Shown here in pieces: positions 25,574-38,926 of a stretch of 64,000 nt of DNA; within the stretch, counting starts at the first letter, position 1; the number at the start of each line of letters is the position of its first letter. Position numbers and translations under genes: made by a program. The stretch lies in the NCBI GenBank assembly GCA_965655095.1, contig OZ296652.1, positions 107,136,001 through 107,200,000 on the forward strand, read 5' to 3'. Source of the stretch: Haplodiscus bocki (lineage: Eukaryota). The notes below the pieces were generated by a model. The model had not been told where the DNA came from. It was given only the letters and a program-made list of their open reading frames with translations, and ran no database searches.

Positions 25574-28110
25574 GGAGTCTTTCTTGTTTTGCGCTCAATG
25601 TGAATATTCAATCGGTTTCGTTTAGTTTTACGGACTGTACGTTCAATTCATTTAAGAAAGAAGCCACTTCACAGCGATTCTTGACATTGAGAGTTTTAAC
25701 ATCGAATCGTAAAAATGCACTATTACAACGTGAACAAAAGGTTTATAAGTGGTGGCAAAGATCGAACGTACCATCAGAGGGCCAAACAGGGTATGTGGAA
25801 AAAACTACTTTGATGACAACTACGCAGGATAAATGGGAAAAAAATTATTTTGGTGAAATCTGTATCATTGGACATTTGACATATCTATCCAATTGAATGA
25901 AGAAAGTAGCAAAAAAACAGATGTGCATTCAAACATGCAAGCTGAGTGTCAAAGAACAAGGTTTTGCATGGACCAAATGGGCAAGGTTGTTTGAAGGGGA
26001 AAAAAGTACAGGAACCGGGGGAAATGAACACCATGAAAAAGCTGCTGAATGAGCTGGCATCATACTTGTTGGTAAACCGAGAAGCACCAATTGTATGATG
26101 GGAGCAACAAAAGAGTACTATCTCAGAGAAGGAAATCGGAATTTAACTGAAGTCCATCAAGAGTCTAATAGAAAAAAAGGGAGCAAAGCAGGTCCCATTG
26201 GGCATTAACTTGATACATCTGTTCTTGGAGTAGTTTGAAACTTGGCATTATACATGCTGGGCCCACACAATGCTGCACAAAAAAAGTTTCAGATCGTTAC
26301 CACCACTTGACATTGAAAAGAAACATTCTAACAATCCGGTCAGGGTCACAAGGTGTTTTCAATGATTAGATCAATTTTTAGGAGATGCCAGTACCAGAGT
26401 ACGTCATGTTTTCTTGCTCGCCTGCTAGGTTTTTGTTAAGGTACATCTATGGGTCCAATCAATATATTCACGAATTTTTCCCAAAAAGGTGATTCGTCAA
26501 GTTTTTTTGACTTTGTGCCTCTGGCGCCAACACTACCAGTATATCGGAATCTCGAGTTTTCAAAGTCAAATTGTTCAAAAACCACGAGCTCAAAATTTTG
26601 CAAAAAGTTTGCAATTGACAATTCTTACTTGAAAAGGGTTTTTCAAGTTAAAAAAACCTGCTTTATTCCTTCAGTTTGAATCCCGGTAATGCACAAAAAA
26701 CCCAAGGCACTGTTTTTTTGAAAAATTTTGATATTTGAGTTGCTGTTTTCAAAAAAGTGGCGGGATCTCCTCTTTTAGCGTTCCAGTAAGCAGCATTCCC
26801 GTCTCTGCATGATCGTGAAAAATATTGATTAGCTTCTTTCTCTCGAGAATACTAAAACTTCAAACTGCGAGAAAAAGATGGTAAGTTCGGCGAAACTCTA
26901 CAAATCTACATGGAAAATCCTATTGGTTGAACACCTGTTTTTTCAATCCTCCCACAGAATTCCTAATCGACATCTGTCAAATGGAGGGGAATCTTCTGAA
27001 AAAACGTAATTTGTTTTATCTGGGTCTCAGTCCTGACAGACCAAAAAGACCAAAAAAAAATAAATTTGTTATATAGAGACTTCGGTTCTCAAACTTTTAA
27101 ATTCTGTGTTTTCGCGAGTATGAAAGTTACTTGTCATCAAGAGCTCTGCCGTCAGTTGCTCTCTTGAGGATGACTGTTCAACAAAAAATTTACGAATCTT
27201 CATTTTTAGCGTCCAGAGAACCTTCAGAGTCCAAAAAGACCAAAAGGGGAACTTAACTTCAGATTATATTGCTTCTGACGGTTTTCAGATCATTGTTTTT
27301 CCAAGAAAATGGCTTGCTTCTGTCCCATAAATTTGAAATGTACAACTATCTAGCTGTGGTAGGGTGGTCGGATGGAAACTTCCTAAATAAAGCACAGGCA
27401 ACTGTTTCTAGTGAAAAGCCGAAAATGATGAAAAACGCAAGTGCTCATTTTATTGTTGATGTTTTTATCATTTTTTAACGCTCTCAATTTGGGATCTGCC
27501 ATGAGAGATTTAATCTACAACTTTTTCTCTCTTCAAAATCTAGTTGAACAATCAATTGTGATAAAAACCAATTTTATGCATTCTTCACAAAATTTATTGC
27601 AGTGCGATTGCAAAGCAACTTTTCTCAGTTCAGAAAAATCGAATCAATCGAAAAGCTACTGACTTTTGATGTTAAACTGAGACAGCAATTCGCCCTTTTG
27701 CGACAATCTTGGGTTACTGGGTTAAACTGGTTGTTTTTTCAACACAAAATGGAGTGTCTCTTCTGCTGACTCAAATGTTTGTGCAGTAAGCAACAAACAG
27801 TTCCAGAAATTATCAGTGTAGGACCTTTACATGTATATCGAACGAATATTTAGTTTTTGTTGGTGACATGAAAGCCATCTGTCTGTATTGTTGAATCCCT
27901 CGGAAAAAGAAGAGTTATTTGTAAACTATGCAGACGCACCGGACTAACAGCGTTTTTCAAATTCTCTTTGACTAACGGATAGTATTCATTGTTAACAAGC
28001 AAAAAGTTGAAACCATCAAATTGCCCAATTTTGACGTGAACGAAAAATGGACCCTTGGCGGCAAAGCTCAACCTAAGCATGTCACGGCCAAACAAGTTTG
28101 GTGTATTGAC

Positions 28111-31100
28111 TTACCACAGTCAAACAACTACGCTGTGTAAATGAGAAAAAGTAATAACTATGGCAAAATCAGCATCAATGAAAATTGAGGATATTTATTC
28201 AACTGAAACAAAAAAGTACAGGAAGAACAGAAATGGATCCAAACAAACACGATAGATGTCAAACTGTGACATATTGTTTGACTAGACAAAAACTACAAAT
28301 AATGGTAAAAAAGTAGGCCATTGAAGAATCAGACTTACTCGAATAAAACAATAAAAACCCGCTAGAAAGAGCAAAGATCTCAACTATCAAGAGACTCTGG
28401 AGCACCAAAGGAATAACTTGAGCTACAATGGACACTGTGGTAACTAGGAATTGGAATAACTACTGAAATTTATCAAGAGTCTGTTATGACAATAAATCAG
28501 TTGAAGCAGGTGCCATTGGCTGCAATTTGAAGTTTCTCTTCATGAACTAGCTCAAAATTTGGCAATATACATGCTAGGCCCACACAATGCTGCACAAAAA
28601 ATATTTCAGATCGTTGCCACCACTTGATATTGAAAAGAAACATTCTAAAAATCCGGTCAGTGTCAGAAGGTGTATTCATTGATTATATCAATTTTTAGGA
28701 GCAGCCAGTGCCAGAGTACGTCATGTTTTCTTGCTCGCATGCTCGGTTTTTGTGAAGGCACATCTATGGGTCGAATCAATATGTCCAAGATGTTTTCCCA
28801 AAATGTTGATTCGTGAAGTTTTTATGACTTTGAGGCTCTGGCGCCAACACTACTAGTATATCGGAATCTCGAGTTTTCTAAGTCAAATTGTTCAAAAAGC
28901 ACGAGCTCAAAGTTTTACAAAAAGTTTGAAATCGACAATCTGTACTTGATGAGGGTTTTTCATGTACATAAAAACCTGCTTTGTTCCTTCAGTTTGAATC
29001 CCGGTATTGCATAAACTACCCGAGGTACTCTTTTCTTTGAAGAAGCTCGACATTTGAATTGCTTTTTTCCAAAAAATGGCGGAACATCTCCTTTTAGCGT
29101 TCCAGTAAGCAGCATTCCCGTCTCTGCATGATCATCAAATTTATTGATTGGTTTCTTTCTCTCGAGAATCCTGAAACTTCAAACTGCGAGAGAATGGTGG
29201 TAAATTCGGGAAAACTCTACAACTCTACATGCAAAATCCTATTGGTTGAACACCTGTTTTTTCAATCCTCCCACAGAGTTCCCAATCAACATCTGTCAGT
29301 TGGAGGGGTATCTTCTGAAAAGACGTAATTTGTTTTTTTCTGGATCTCAGTCCTGACAGACCAAAAAGACCAAAGAATATAAAATTTTTAATTAGAGACT
29401 TCGGTTCTCAAACTTTTAAAATCTGTGTTTTCGCGAGTATGAAAGTTATTTGCCTTCAAAAGCTCTGCCGTCAGATCTTCTCTTAAGGATGACTGTTCAA
29501 CAAAAAAATTACGAATCTTCATTTTTAGCGTCCAGAGAACCTTCAGAGTCCAAAAAGACCGAAAGGGGAACTTAACTTCAGATTATATTGCTTCTGACGG
29601 TTTTCAGATCATTGCTTCTCCAAGAAAATGGCTTGCTTCTGTCCCATAACTTTAAAATGTACAACTATCTAGCTGTGGTATGGTAGGGTGGTCGGATGGA
29701 AACTTCCTACTTGAGGCACAGGCAACTGCTTCTAGTGAAAAGCCGAAAATGATGAAAAACGCAAGTGCTCATTTTTTTGTTGAAGTTTTTACCGTTCTTT
29801 AACGCTCTCAATTTGGAATCTGCCTTGAAAGATTTATTCTACAACTTTTTCTTTCTTCAAAATCTAGTTGAACAATCAATTGTAATAAAAACCAACTTTA
29901 TGCCTTCTTCACAAAATTTATCGCAGTGCGATTGCAAAGCAACTTTTCTCAGTTCAGAAAAATCGAAGCAATCGAAAAGCCACTGACTTTTGATGTTCAA
30001 CTGAGACAGCAATTCGCCATTTTGCGGCAATCTCTGGTTACTGGGTTGAACTCATTGTTTTTTTGACACAAAACGGAGTGTCTCTTCTGCTGACTGAAGT
30101 AATTGTTGCAGTAAGCAAGAAGCAGTTCCAGAATCTATGAGAGTAGGCTCTTTACATGTATACCGAACCGAATAATTACTTTTTCAACGACTGTTTTTTC
30201 AAATGATTTAAAACTAGTCCCACTCAGAGGCTAATCCTAAAATGGAGATTTCCGTAATCCAAATCGTCTTCGGTTTGGACAGTGTTGGTGATATTTGAGC
30301 CATGAAAGTCATCTGTCTGTAATGTTGAATCCCCCGGAAAAGGAAGAGTTAATTTTAAACTTTGCAGACTCACCGGACTAACAGCGTTTTTCAAATTCTC
30401 TTTGACCAACGAATAGTATTCATTGTTAAAAAGCAAAAACTTGAAACCATCAGTTTGCCCAATAATGACGTAAGCGAAAAATTGACCATTGGCTGCAAAG
30501 CTCAACATAAGCATGTCACAGCCAAACAAGTTTGGTGGGGTAAATTACCACAGTCAAACAACTACGCTGTGTAAATGAGAAAAAGTAATAACTATGGCAA
30601 AATCAGCATCAATGAAAATTGAGGATATTTATTCAACTGAAACAAAAAAGTACAGGAAGAACAGAAATGGATCCAAACAAACACGATAGATGTCAAACTG
30701 TGACATATTGTTTGACTAGACAAAAACTACAAATAATGGTAAAAAAGTAGGCCATTGAAGAATCAGACTTACTCGAATAAAACAATATAAACCCGCTAGA
30801 AAGAGCAAAGATCTCAACTATCAAGAGACTCTGGAGCACCAAAGGAATAACTTGAGCTACAATGGACACTGTGGTAACTAGGAATTGGAATAACTACTGA
30901 AATTTATCAAGAGTCTGTTATGACAATAAATCAGTTGAAGCAGGTGCCATTGGCTGCAATTTGAAGTTTCTCTTCATGAACTAGCTCAAAATTTGGCAAT
31001 ATACATGCTAGGCCCACACAATGCTGCACAAAAAATATTTCAGATCGTTGCCACCACTTGATATTGAAAAGAAACATTCTAAAAATCCGGTCAGTGTCAG

Positions 31101-33141
31101 AAGGTGTATTCATTGATTATATCAATTTTTAGGAGCAGCCAGTGCCAGAGTACGTCATGTTTTCTTGCTCGCATGCTCGGTTTTTGTGAAGGCACATCTA
31201 TGGGTCGAATCAATATGTCCAAGATGTTTTCCCAAAATGTTGATTCGTGAAGTTTTTATGACTTTGAGGCTCTGGCGCCAACACTACTAGTATATCGGAA
31301 TCTCGAGTTTTCTAAGTCAAATTGTTCAAAAAGCACGAGCTCAAAGTTTTACAAAAAGTTTGAAATCGACAATCTGTACTTGATGAGGGTTTTTCATGTA
31401 CATAAAAACCTGCTTTGTTCCTTCAGTTTGAATCCCGGTATTGCATAAACTACCCGAGGTACTCTTTTCTTTGAAGAAGCTCGACATTTGAATTGCTTTT
31501 TTCCAAAAAATGGCGGAACATCTCCTTTTAGCGTTCCAGTAAGCAGCATTCCCGTCTCTGCATGATCATCAAATTTATTGATTGGTTTCTTTCTCTCGAG
31601 AATCCTGAAACTTCAAACTGCGAGAGAATGGTGGTAAATTCGGGAAAACTCTACAACTCTACATGCAAAATCCTATTGGTTGAACACCTGTTTTTTCAAT
31701 CCTCCCACAGAGTTCCCAATCAACATCTGTCAGTTGGAGGGGTATCTTCTGAAAAGACGTAATTTGTTTTTTTCTGGATCTCAGTCCTGACAGACCAAAA
31801 AGACCAAAGAATATAAAATTTTTAATTAGAGACTTCGGTTCTCAAACTTTTAAAATCTGTGTTTTCGCGAGTATGAAAGTTATTTGCCTTCAAAAGCTCT
31901 GCCGTCAGATCTTCTCTTAAGGATGACTGTTCAACAAAAAAATTACGAATCTTCATTTTTAGCGTCCAGAGAACCTTCAGAGTCCAAAAAGACCGAAAGG
32001 GGAACTTAACTTCAGATTATATTGCTTCTGACGGTTTTCAGATCATTGCTTCTCCAAGAAAATGGCTTGCTTCTGTCCCATAACTTTAAAATGTACAACT
32101 ATCTAGCTGTGGTATGGTAGGGTGGTCGGATGGAAACTTCCTACTTGAGGCACAGGCAACTGCTTCTAGTGAAAAGCCGAAAATGATGAAAAACGCAAGT
32201 GCTCATTTTTTTGTTGAAGTTTTTACCGTTCTTTAACGCTCTCAATTTGGAATCTGCCTTGAAAGATTTATTCTACAACTTTTTCTTTCTTCAAAATCTA
32301 GTTGAACAATCAATTGTAATAAAAACCAACTTTATGCCTTCTTCACAAAATTTATCGCAGTGCGATTGCAAAGCAACTTTTCTCAGTTCAGAAAAATCGA
32401 AGCAATCGAAAAGCCACTGACTTTTGATGTTCAACTGAGACAGCAATTCGCCATTTTGCGGCAATCTCTGGTTACTGGGTTGAACTCATTGTTTTTTTGA
32501 CACAAAACGGAGTGTCTCTTCTGCTGACTGAAGTAATTGTTGCAGTAAGCAAGAAGCAGTTCCAGAATCTATGAGAGTAGGCTCTTTACATGTATACCGA
32601 ACCGAATAATTACTTTTTCAACGACTGTTTTTTCAAATGATTTAAAACTAGTCCCACTCAGAGGCTAATCCTAAAATGGAGATTTCCGTAATCCAAATCG
32701 TCTTCGGTTTGGACAGTGTTGGTGATATTTGAGCCATGAAAGTCATCTGTCTGTAATGTTGAATCCCCCGGAAAAGGAAGAGTTAATTTTAAACTTTGCA
32801 GACTCACCGGACTAACAGCGTTTTTCAAATTCTCTTTGACCAACGAATAGTATTCATTGTTAAAAAGCAAAAACTTGAAACCATCAGTTTGCCCAATAAT
32901 GACGTAAGCGAAAAATTGACCATTGGCTGCAAAGCTCAACATAAGCATGTCACAGCCAAACAAGTTTGGTGGGGTAAATTACCACAGTCAAACAACTACG
33001 CTGTGTAAATGAGAAAAAGTAATAACTATGGCAAAATCAGCATCAATGAAAATTGAGGATATTTATTCAACTGAAACAAAAAAGTACAGGAAGAACAGAA
33101 ATGGATCCAAACAAACACGATAGATGTCAAACTGTGACATA
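28111..33141. repeat. Near-perfect tandem duplication, period 2434 bp
   Basis: ORFs are duplicated at +2434 (28497/30931, 29128/31562, 29765/32199, 30224/32658). One substitution noticed near 28354. Confidence 0.95.
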
Positions 33142-33410
33142 CTGTTTGTCTAGGCAAAAACTACAAACAGTGATAAAAAAGTAGGCCATTGAAGAATCAG
33201 ATTTGTTCGAATAAAACAATAAAAACCCGCTAGAAAGAGAAAACTTGACACTGGCCATTGAAGAGAAAAAATGCGAACTTCCATCTTTGCTGTCAGAAGT
33301 ATTCTTGACAGTCCAGAGAACACCAAAATTGATAAACATTTTTAAATCCTGGTTTTGAACTCCTTGTTCCTACAAAGACAAGACTTGTTTTCACCCAAAA
33401 GCATAAAACA

Positions 33411-36400
33411 GACAATTGACGACTTGCAGAAAAATTGTCCGTTGGGAACCCCGTGATTTTCAGACGATCAAAAGTTCTTGATGAAAACACGATAAAGCTG
33501 AAAGATGCAAGTGATTACGTTAGTTTGGCCATTTAGAGAATGACAAACTTCTAAAGTTTTCGACTTGCTTTTTGCCACCAAAAACTTACTCCACAACTTT
33601 TCATTCAGTCAAGATCTTCCTGAAAAAAAATATTTGTTTTCTGGACATTTTCTACAGATCTTCAACGGAGTTTGTTGCAGTGTGACTTTAATTATTAACA
33701 GAATCAAAAAAAGGGACTCAAACACAGAGCCAATGCTTTTTGTTGAGCAATAGAGACCGAAACACGCATTTTTGCGATGACAATGCTTCTGGCACGCTTT
33801 TTACATTTACATATGAGACGGTGTGTCTCTTTTGCTGACTGAAGAAGTTTTCGAGTAATCGCGAAACCGTTCCAAAAAGGTTCACATTGTCCATGTAGAC
33901 TATCTCGTTTTGCACTTTACGTGTATTTTCAATTGATTAAGGCTGTCTTCAAGGACTGTTAGTTCCCCTGATTCAAAAATAAACCGACTAGACAGCCGAT
34001 CTAAATAGTGAGACACTCATTCTCCAAAACTTCGTCTATCTAGACAGTCTTCGTGATAATTGATCCATGAAGAACATCTGCCTTTAGTATTGAACTCCTC
34101 AGAAACGGAAGCGTTATATCTAAATTTTGAAAAACCGCCGGTTTGAGAGTGTTACACAAAATCTCATTGACCAATCGATAGTATGCATATTTAACAAGCA
34201 AAGTCCTGAAACTAAAAAATTGTCCGACTATCACATCAACAAAAAAATGGTCAGTGACTGCAAAGATCATAAAAAGCATTTCGCAGCCAAACAAGGTTGA
34301 CGGGGTAGCTTACCACAGTTAGACAACCAGACTACGCTGTATCGGACGAAAAAAGGATCACTTTTGCAAAATCAGTGTCTTAAAACATTGAATTTATTTA
34401 TTCCTTGATACAATAGATTACTAAAAGACATACGTAGATCCAAACAAGCACGTTAGCACGTTGGATGTCAAAGCACGTAACTTTGCGTGGGTCAATGTTT
34501 GAAAATGATTCAAAGGAACAAAAAGTGAGAGAAATTGGAAAGTGAGTTCGCCATTGAAAACAAAATCTTGTTGCAAAAAGGAAAGAACAAGAGAGTGAAA
34601 ATAAATCAGTTAGAGCAGTTCCCGTTGGCAGCAATTTGGAATTCTTGTTCATGGACTGTTTCAAAGTTTGCCCATATACAGGTTAGGATCACACAAAACT
34701 GCCCTCTAAAGGTTCAGACCATTTCACATTGAGATGGAGCATTTTGAAGTTTAGTTGTACCTGGGGTCAAAAGGTGTACACCTTGTTTGGACCGGCATAC
34801 AAGAAGTTACAGTTCGATAATACGTCGTACTGATTTGTTCCTCCGCTGAGCACTCATTAGGACATGTATATGCATCAAGTCTGTCCCTCCGAGAAATTCA
34901 CAGAAAAAACTGGCTGTCCGTTTTTTAAGGTTTTCCTGTTTGTATGGCGCCACTGCTACTATTATTTAAAGATCCGGTTTTGTAATCTCGAATAATCAGA
35001 AACTGCACTATTAACATTCTGCATAAAGTGTGCAACCGACAGCTTCTCAACTGCAAAGCACTTTCCAATTGAAGAAAAACCGTTTTCCCCTTTCAGTTTG
35101 AATGCCGGTAGTTCAAAAGCTATCCAATGTCCTTTTTTTGAAACTTCTCGACATTCAGAACCAAAATTTCAAAAAAAACGGCCTGAACTCTTTCCAAGGT
35201 CTTCGTAATCAACTCTGTGGCTTGAGAACAACCATGACATTCAAAATTTTCCCGATCGGGAGTTTTGATGCTTAAAAACCGACGGAACACGAGGGTTTTT
35301 CTGGAAGAACTGCGATTGAAAAACTGTTATCTCTTCAATCATATTTTAAATAGTCCTCCTATCGGGGTCCCAATGAACAAATTTTCATTCGCATAGTAGC
35401 TTTCAAAAAGTTATCAGGTCTTTTCCCTGCCTCTGAATCCTGAGAGACCGAAGTGGCAAACTTTTATTCAAAGTTCATAGACCTCGGTATTCAAGCCGCA
35501 AAAACTACCGAATGTAGGAACTTGAAAAATTCTCCCAAGAGCATTCGCCGTCAAATCTATACTTGACACTGGCCATTGAAGAGAAAAAATGCGAACTTCC
35601 ATCTTTGCTGACAGAAGTATTCTTGACAGTCCAGAGAACATCGAAATTGATAAACATTTTTTAATCCTGGTTTTGAACTCCATGTTGCTACAATAACAAG
35701 ACTTGTTTTCACCCAAGAGCATGAAAGAGACAATTGACGACTTGCAGAAAAATTGTCCGTTGGGAACCCCGTGATTTTCAGACGATCAAAAGTTCTTGAT
35801 GAAAACACGATAAAGCTGAAAGATGCAAGTGATTACGTTAGTTTGGCCATTTAGAGAATGACAAACTTCTAAAGTTTTCGACTTGCTTTTTGCCACCAAA
35901 AACTTACTCCACAACTTTTCATTCAGTCAAGATCTTCCTGAAAAAAAATATTTGTTTTCTGGACATTTTCTACAGATCTTCAACGGAGTTTGTTGCAGTG
36001 TGACTTTAATTATTAACAGAATCAAAAAAAGGGACTCAAACACAGAGCCAATGCTTTTTGTTGAGCAATAGAGACCGAAACACGCATTTTTGCGATGACA
36101 ATGCTTCTGGCACGCTTTTTACATTTACATATGAGACGGTGTGTCTCTTTTGCTGACTGAAGAAGTTTTCGAGTAATCGCGAAACCGTTCCAAAAAGGTT
36201 CACATTGTCCATGTAGACTATCTCGTTTTGCACTTTACGTGTATTTTCAATTGATTAAGGCTGTCTTCAAGGACTGTTAGTTCCCCTGATTCAAAAATAA
36301 ACCGACTAGACAGCCGATCTAAATAGTGAGACACTCATTCTCCAAAACTTCGTCTATCTAGACAGTCTTCGTGATAATTGATCCATGAAGAACATCTGCC

Positions 36401-38081
36401 TTTAGTATTGAACTCCTCAGAAACGGAAGCGTTATATCTAAATTTTGAAAAACCGCCGGTTTGAGAGTGTTACACAAAATCTCATTGACCAATCGATAGT
36501 ATGCATATTTAACAAGCAAAGTCCTGAAACTAAAAAATTGTCCGACTATCACATCAACAAAAAAATGGTCAGTGACTGCAAAGATCATAAAAAGCATTTC
36601 GCAGCCAAACAAGGTTGACGGGGTAGCTTACCACAGTTAGACAACCAGACTACGCTGTATCGGACGAAAAAAGGATCACTTTTGCAAAATCAGTGTCTTA
36701 AAACATTGAATTTATTTATTCCTTGATACAATAGATTACTAAAAGACATACGTAGATCCAAACAAGCACGTTAGCACGTTGGATGTCAAAGCACGTAACT
36801 TTGCGTGGGTCAATGTTTGAAAATGATTCAAAGGAACAAAAAGTGAGAGAAATTGGAAAGTGAGTTCGCCATTGAAAACAAAATCTTGTTGCAAAAAGGA
36901 AAGAACAAGAGAGTGAAAATAAATCAGTTAGAGCAGTTCCCGTTGGCAGCAATTTGGAATTCTTGTTCATGGACTGTTTCAAAGTTTGCCCATATACAGG
37001 TTAGGATCACACAAAACTGCCCTCTAAAGGTTCAGACCATTTCACATTGAGATGGAGCATTTTGAAGTTTAGTTGTACCTGGGGTCAAAAGGTGTACACC
37101 TTGTTTGGACCGGCATACAAGAAGTTACAGTTCGATAATACGTCGTACTGATTTGTTCCTCCGCTGAGCACTCATTAGGACATGTATATGCATCAAGTCT
37201 GTCCCTCCGAGAAATTCACAGAAAAAACTGGCTGTCCGTTTTTTAAGGTTTTCCTGTTTGTATGGCGCCACTGCTACTATTATTTAAAGATCCGGTTTTG
37301 TAATCTCGAATAATCAGAAACTGCACTATTAACATTCTGCATAAAGTGTGCAACCGACAGCTTCTCAACTGCAAAGCACTTTCCAATTGAAGAAAAACCG
37401 TTTTCCCCTTTCAGTTTGAATGCCGGTAGTTCAAAAGCTATCCAATGTCCTTTTTTTGAAACTTCTCGACATTCAGAACCAAAATTTCAAAAAAAACGGC
37501 CTGAACTCTTTCCAAGGTCTTCGTAATCAACTCTGTGGCTTGAGAACAACCATGACATTCAAAATTTTCCCGATCGGGAGTTTTGATGCTTAAAAACCGA
37601 CGGAACACGAGGGTTTTTCTGGAAGAACTGCGATTGAAAAACTGTTATCTCTTCAATCATATTTTAAATAGTCCTCCTATCGGGGTCCCAATGAACAAAT
37701 TTTCATTCGCATAGTAGCTTTCAAAAAGTTATCAGGTCTTTTCCCTGCCTCTGAATCCTGAGAGACCGAAGTGGCAAACTTTTATTCAAAGTTCATAGAC
37801 CTCGGTATTCAAGCCGCAAAAACTACCGAATGTAGGAACTTGAAAAATTCTCCCAAGAGCATTCGCCGTCAAATCTATACTTGACACTGGCCATTGAAGA
37901 GAAAAAATGCGAACTTCCATCTTTGCTGACAGAAGTATTCTTGACAGTCCAGAGAACATCGAAATTGATAAACATTTTTTAATCCTGGTTTTGAACTCCA
38001 TGTTGCTACAATAACAAGACTTGTTTTCACCCAAGAGCATGAAAGAGACAATTGACGACTTGCAGAAAAATTGTCCGTTGG
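33411..38081. repeat. Near-perfect tandem duplication, period 2318 bp, followed by a related third copy
   Basis: ORFs are duplicated at +2318 (33565/35883, 34040/36358, 34535/36853). A related copy follows at +2312 (39028, 39165). Confidence 0.95.
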
Positions 38082-38632
38082 AAACTCCGTGATTTTCAGA
38101 AGAGCAACAGTTCTTGATGAAAACACGATAAAGACGGAAGATGCAAGTGCTCACGTTAGTTTGGCCATGTAGAGAATGACAAACTTCTAAAGCTTTCGAC
38201 ATGATTTTTGCCAATAAGGACTTACTCTACTTTTCATTCAGTCAAAATCTTGATGAGAATTCATTTGTTTTCTCGACCATTTCTACAGATCTTCAACGGA
38301 GTTTGTTGATGTGTGACTGCAATTATTAACAGTTTCAGAAAACTCGATTCAATCATAGAGCCAATAATTATTGTTGAGCAAAAGAGACAGCAACACGCCA
38401 TTTTGCAATGATCATGTTTTGGCAAGCTTTTTATATTGACAAATGAGACGGTGTGTCTTTTATTTTGACTGAAGAAATTTTGGAGTAATCACGAAACGGT
38501 TCTCAAAAAGCTTCAATTTGTCTATATGGACTTTCTCGTTTTGCACTTTAGGTGTATTTTCAATTGATTAAATCTTTCTTCATGAACTGGTAATTCCTGT
38601 GATTCGTAAAAATTCCGACTAGACAGCCGATA

Positions 38633-38926
38633 TCAAATAGTAAGACACTCAGTCTCTAAAACTTCGTCTAGCTGGACAGTCTTCGTGATAATTGATCCAT
38701 GAAGAACATCTGCATTTAGTAATGAATTCCTCAGAAACGAAAGCGTTATATCTAAATAATGAAAAACCGCCGGTTTGAGAACGTTATTCAAAATCTCATT
38801 GACTAATCGATAGGATGCGTATTTAACAAGCAAAGTCTTGAAACTAAAATATGGTCCGACTATCACATCAACAAAAATTTGGTCAGTGACTGCAAAGATC
38901 AAAAAAAGCATTTCGAAGCCAAACAA
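38633..38926 (-). pseudogene. Array unit ORF family A (representative), unknown function
   Basis: The same frame stays partly open in diverged units: FGxDMLxLxFAxxxQxFVxVxxGQ...LLVxxxYYxLVxE...ITLPFLRSSxLKxDVxHGSIITKTVQ (27850..28095, 30224..30529, 34040..34294, 38633..38926, 40798..41040, continued in 54474..54815). Confidence 0.5.
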
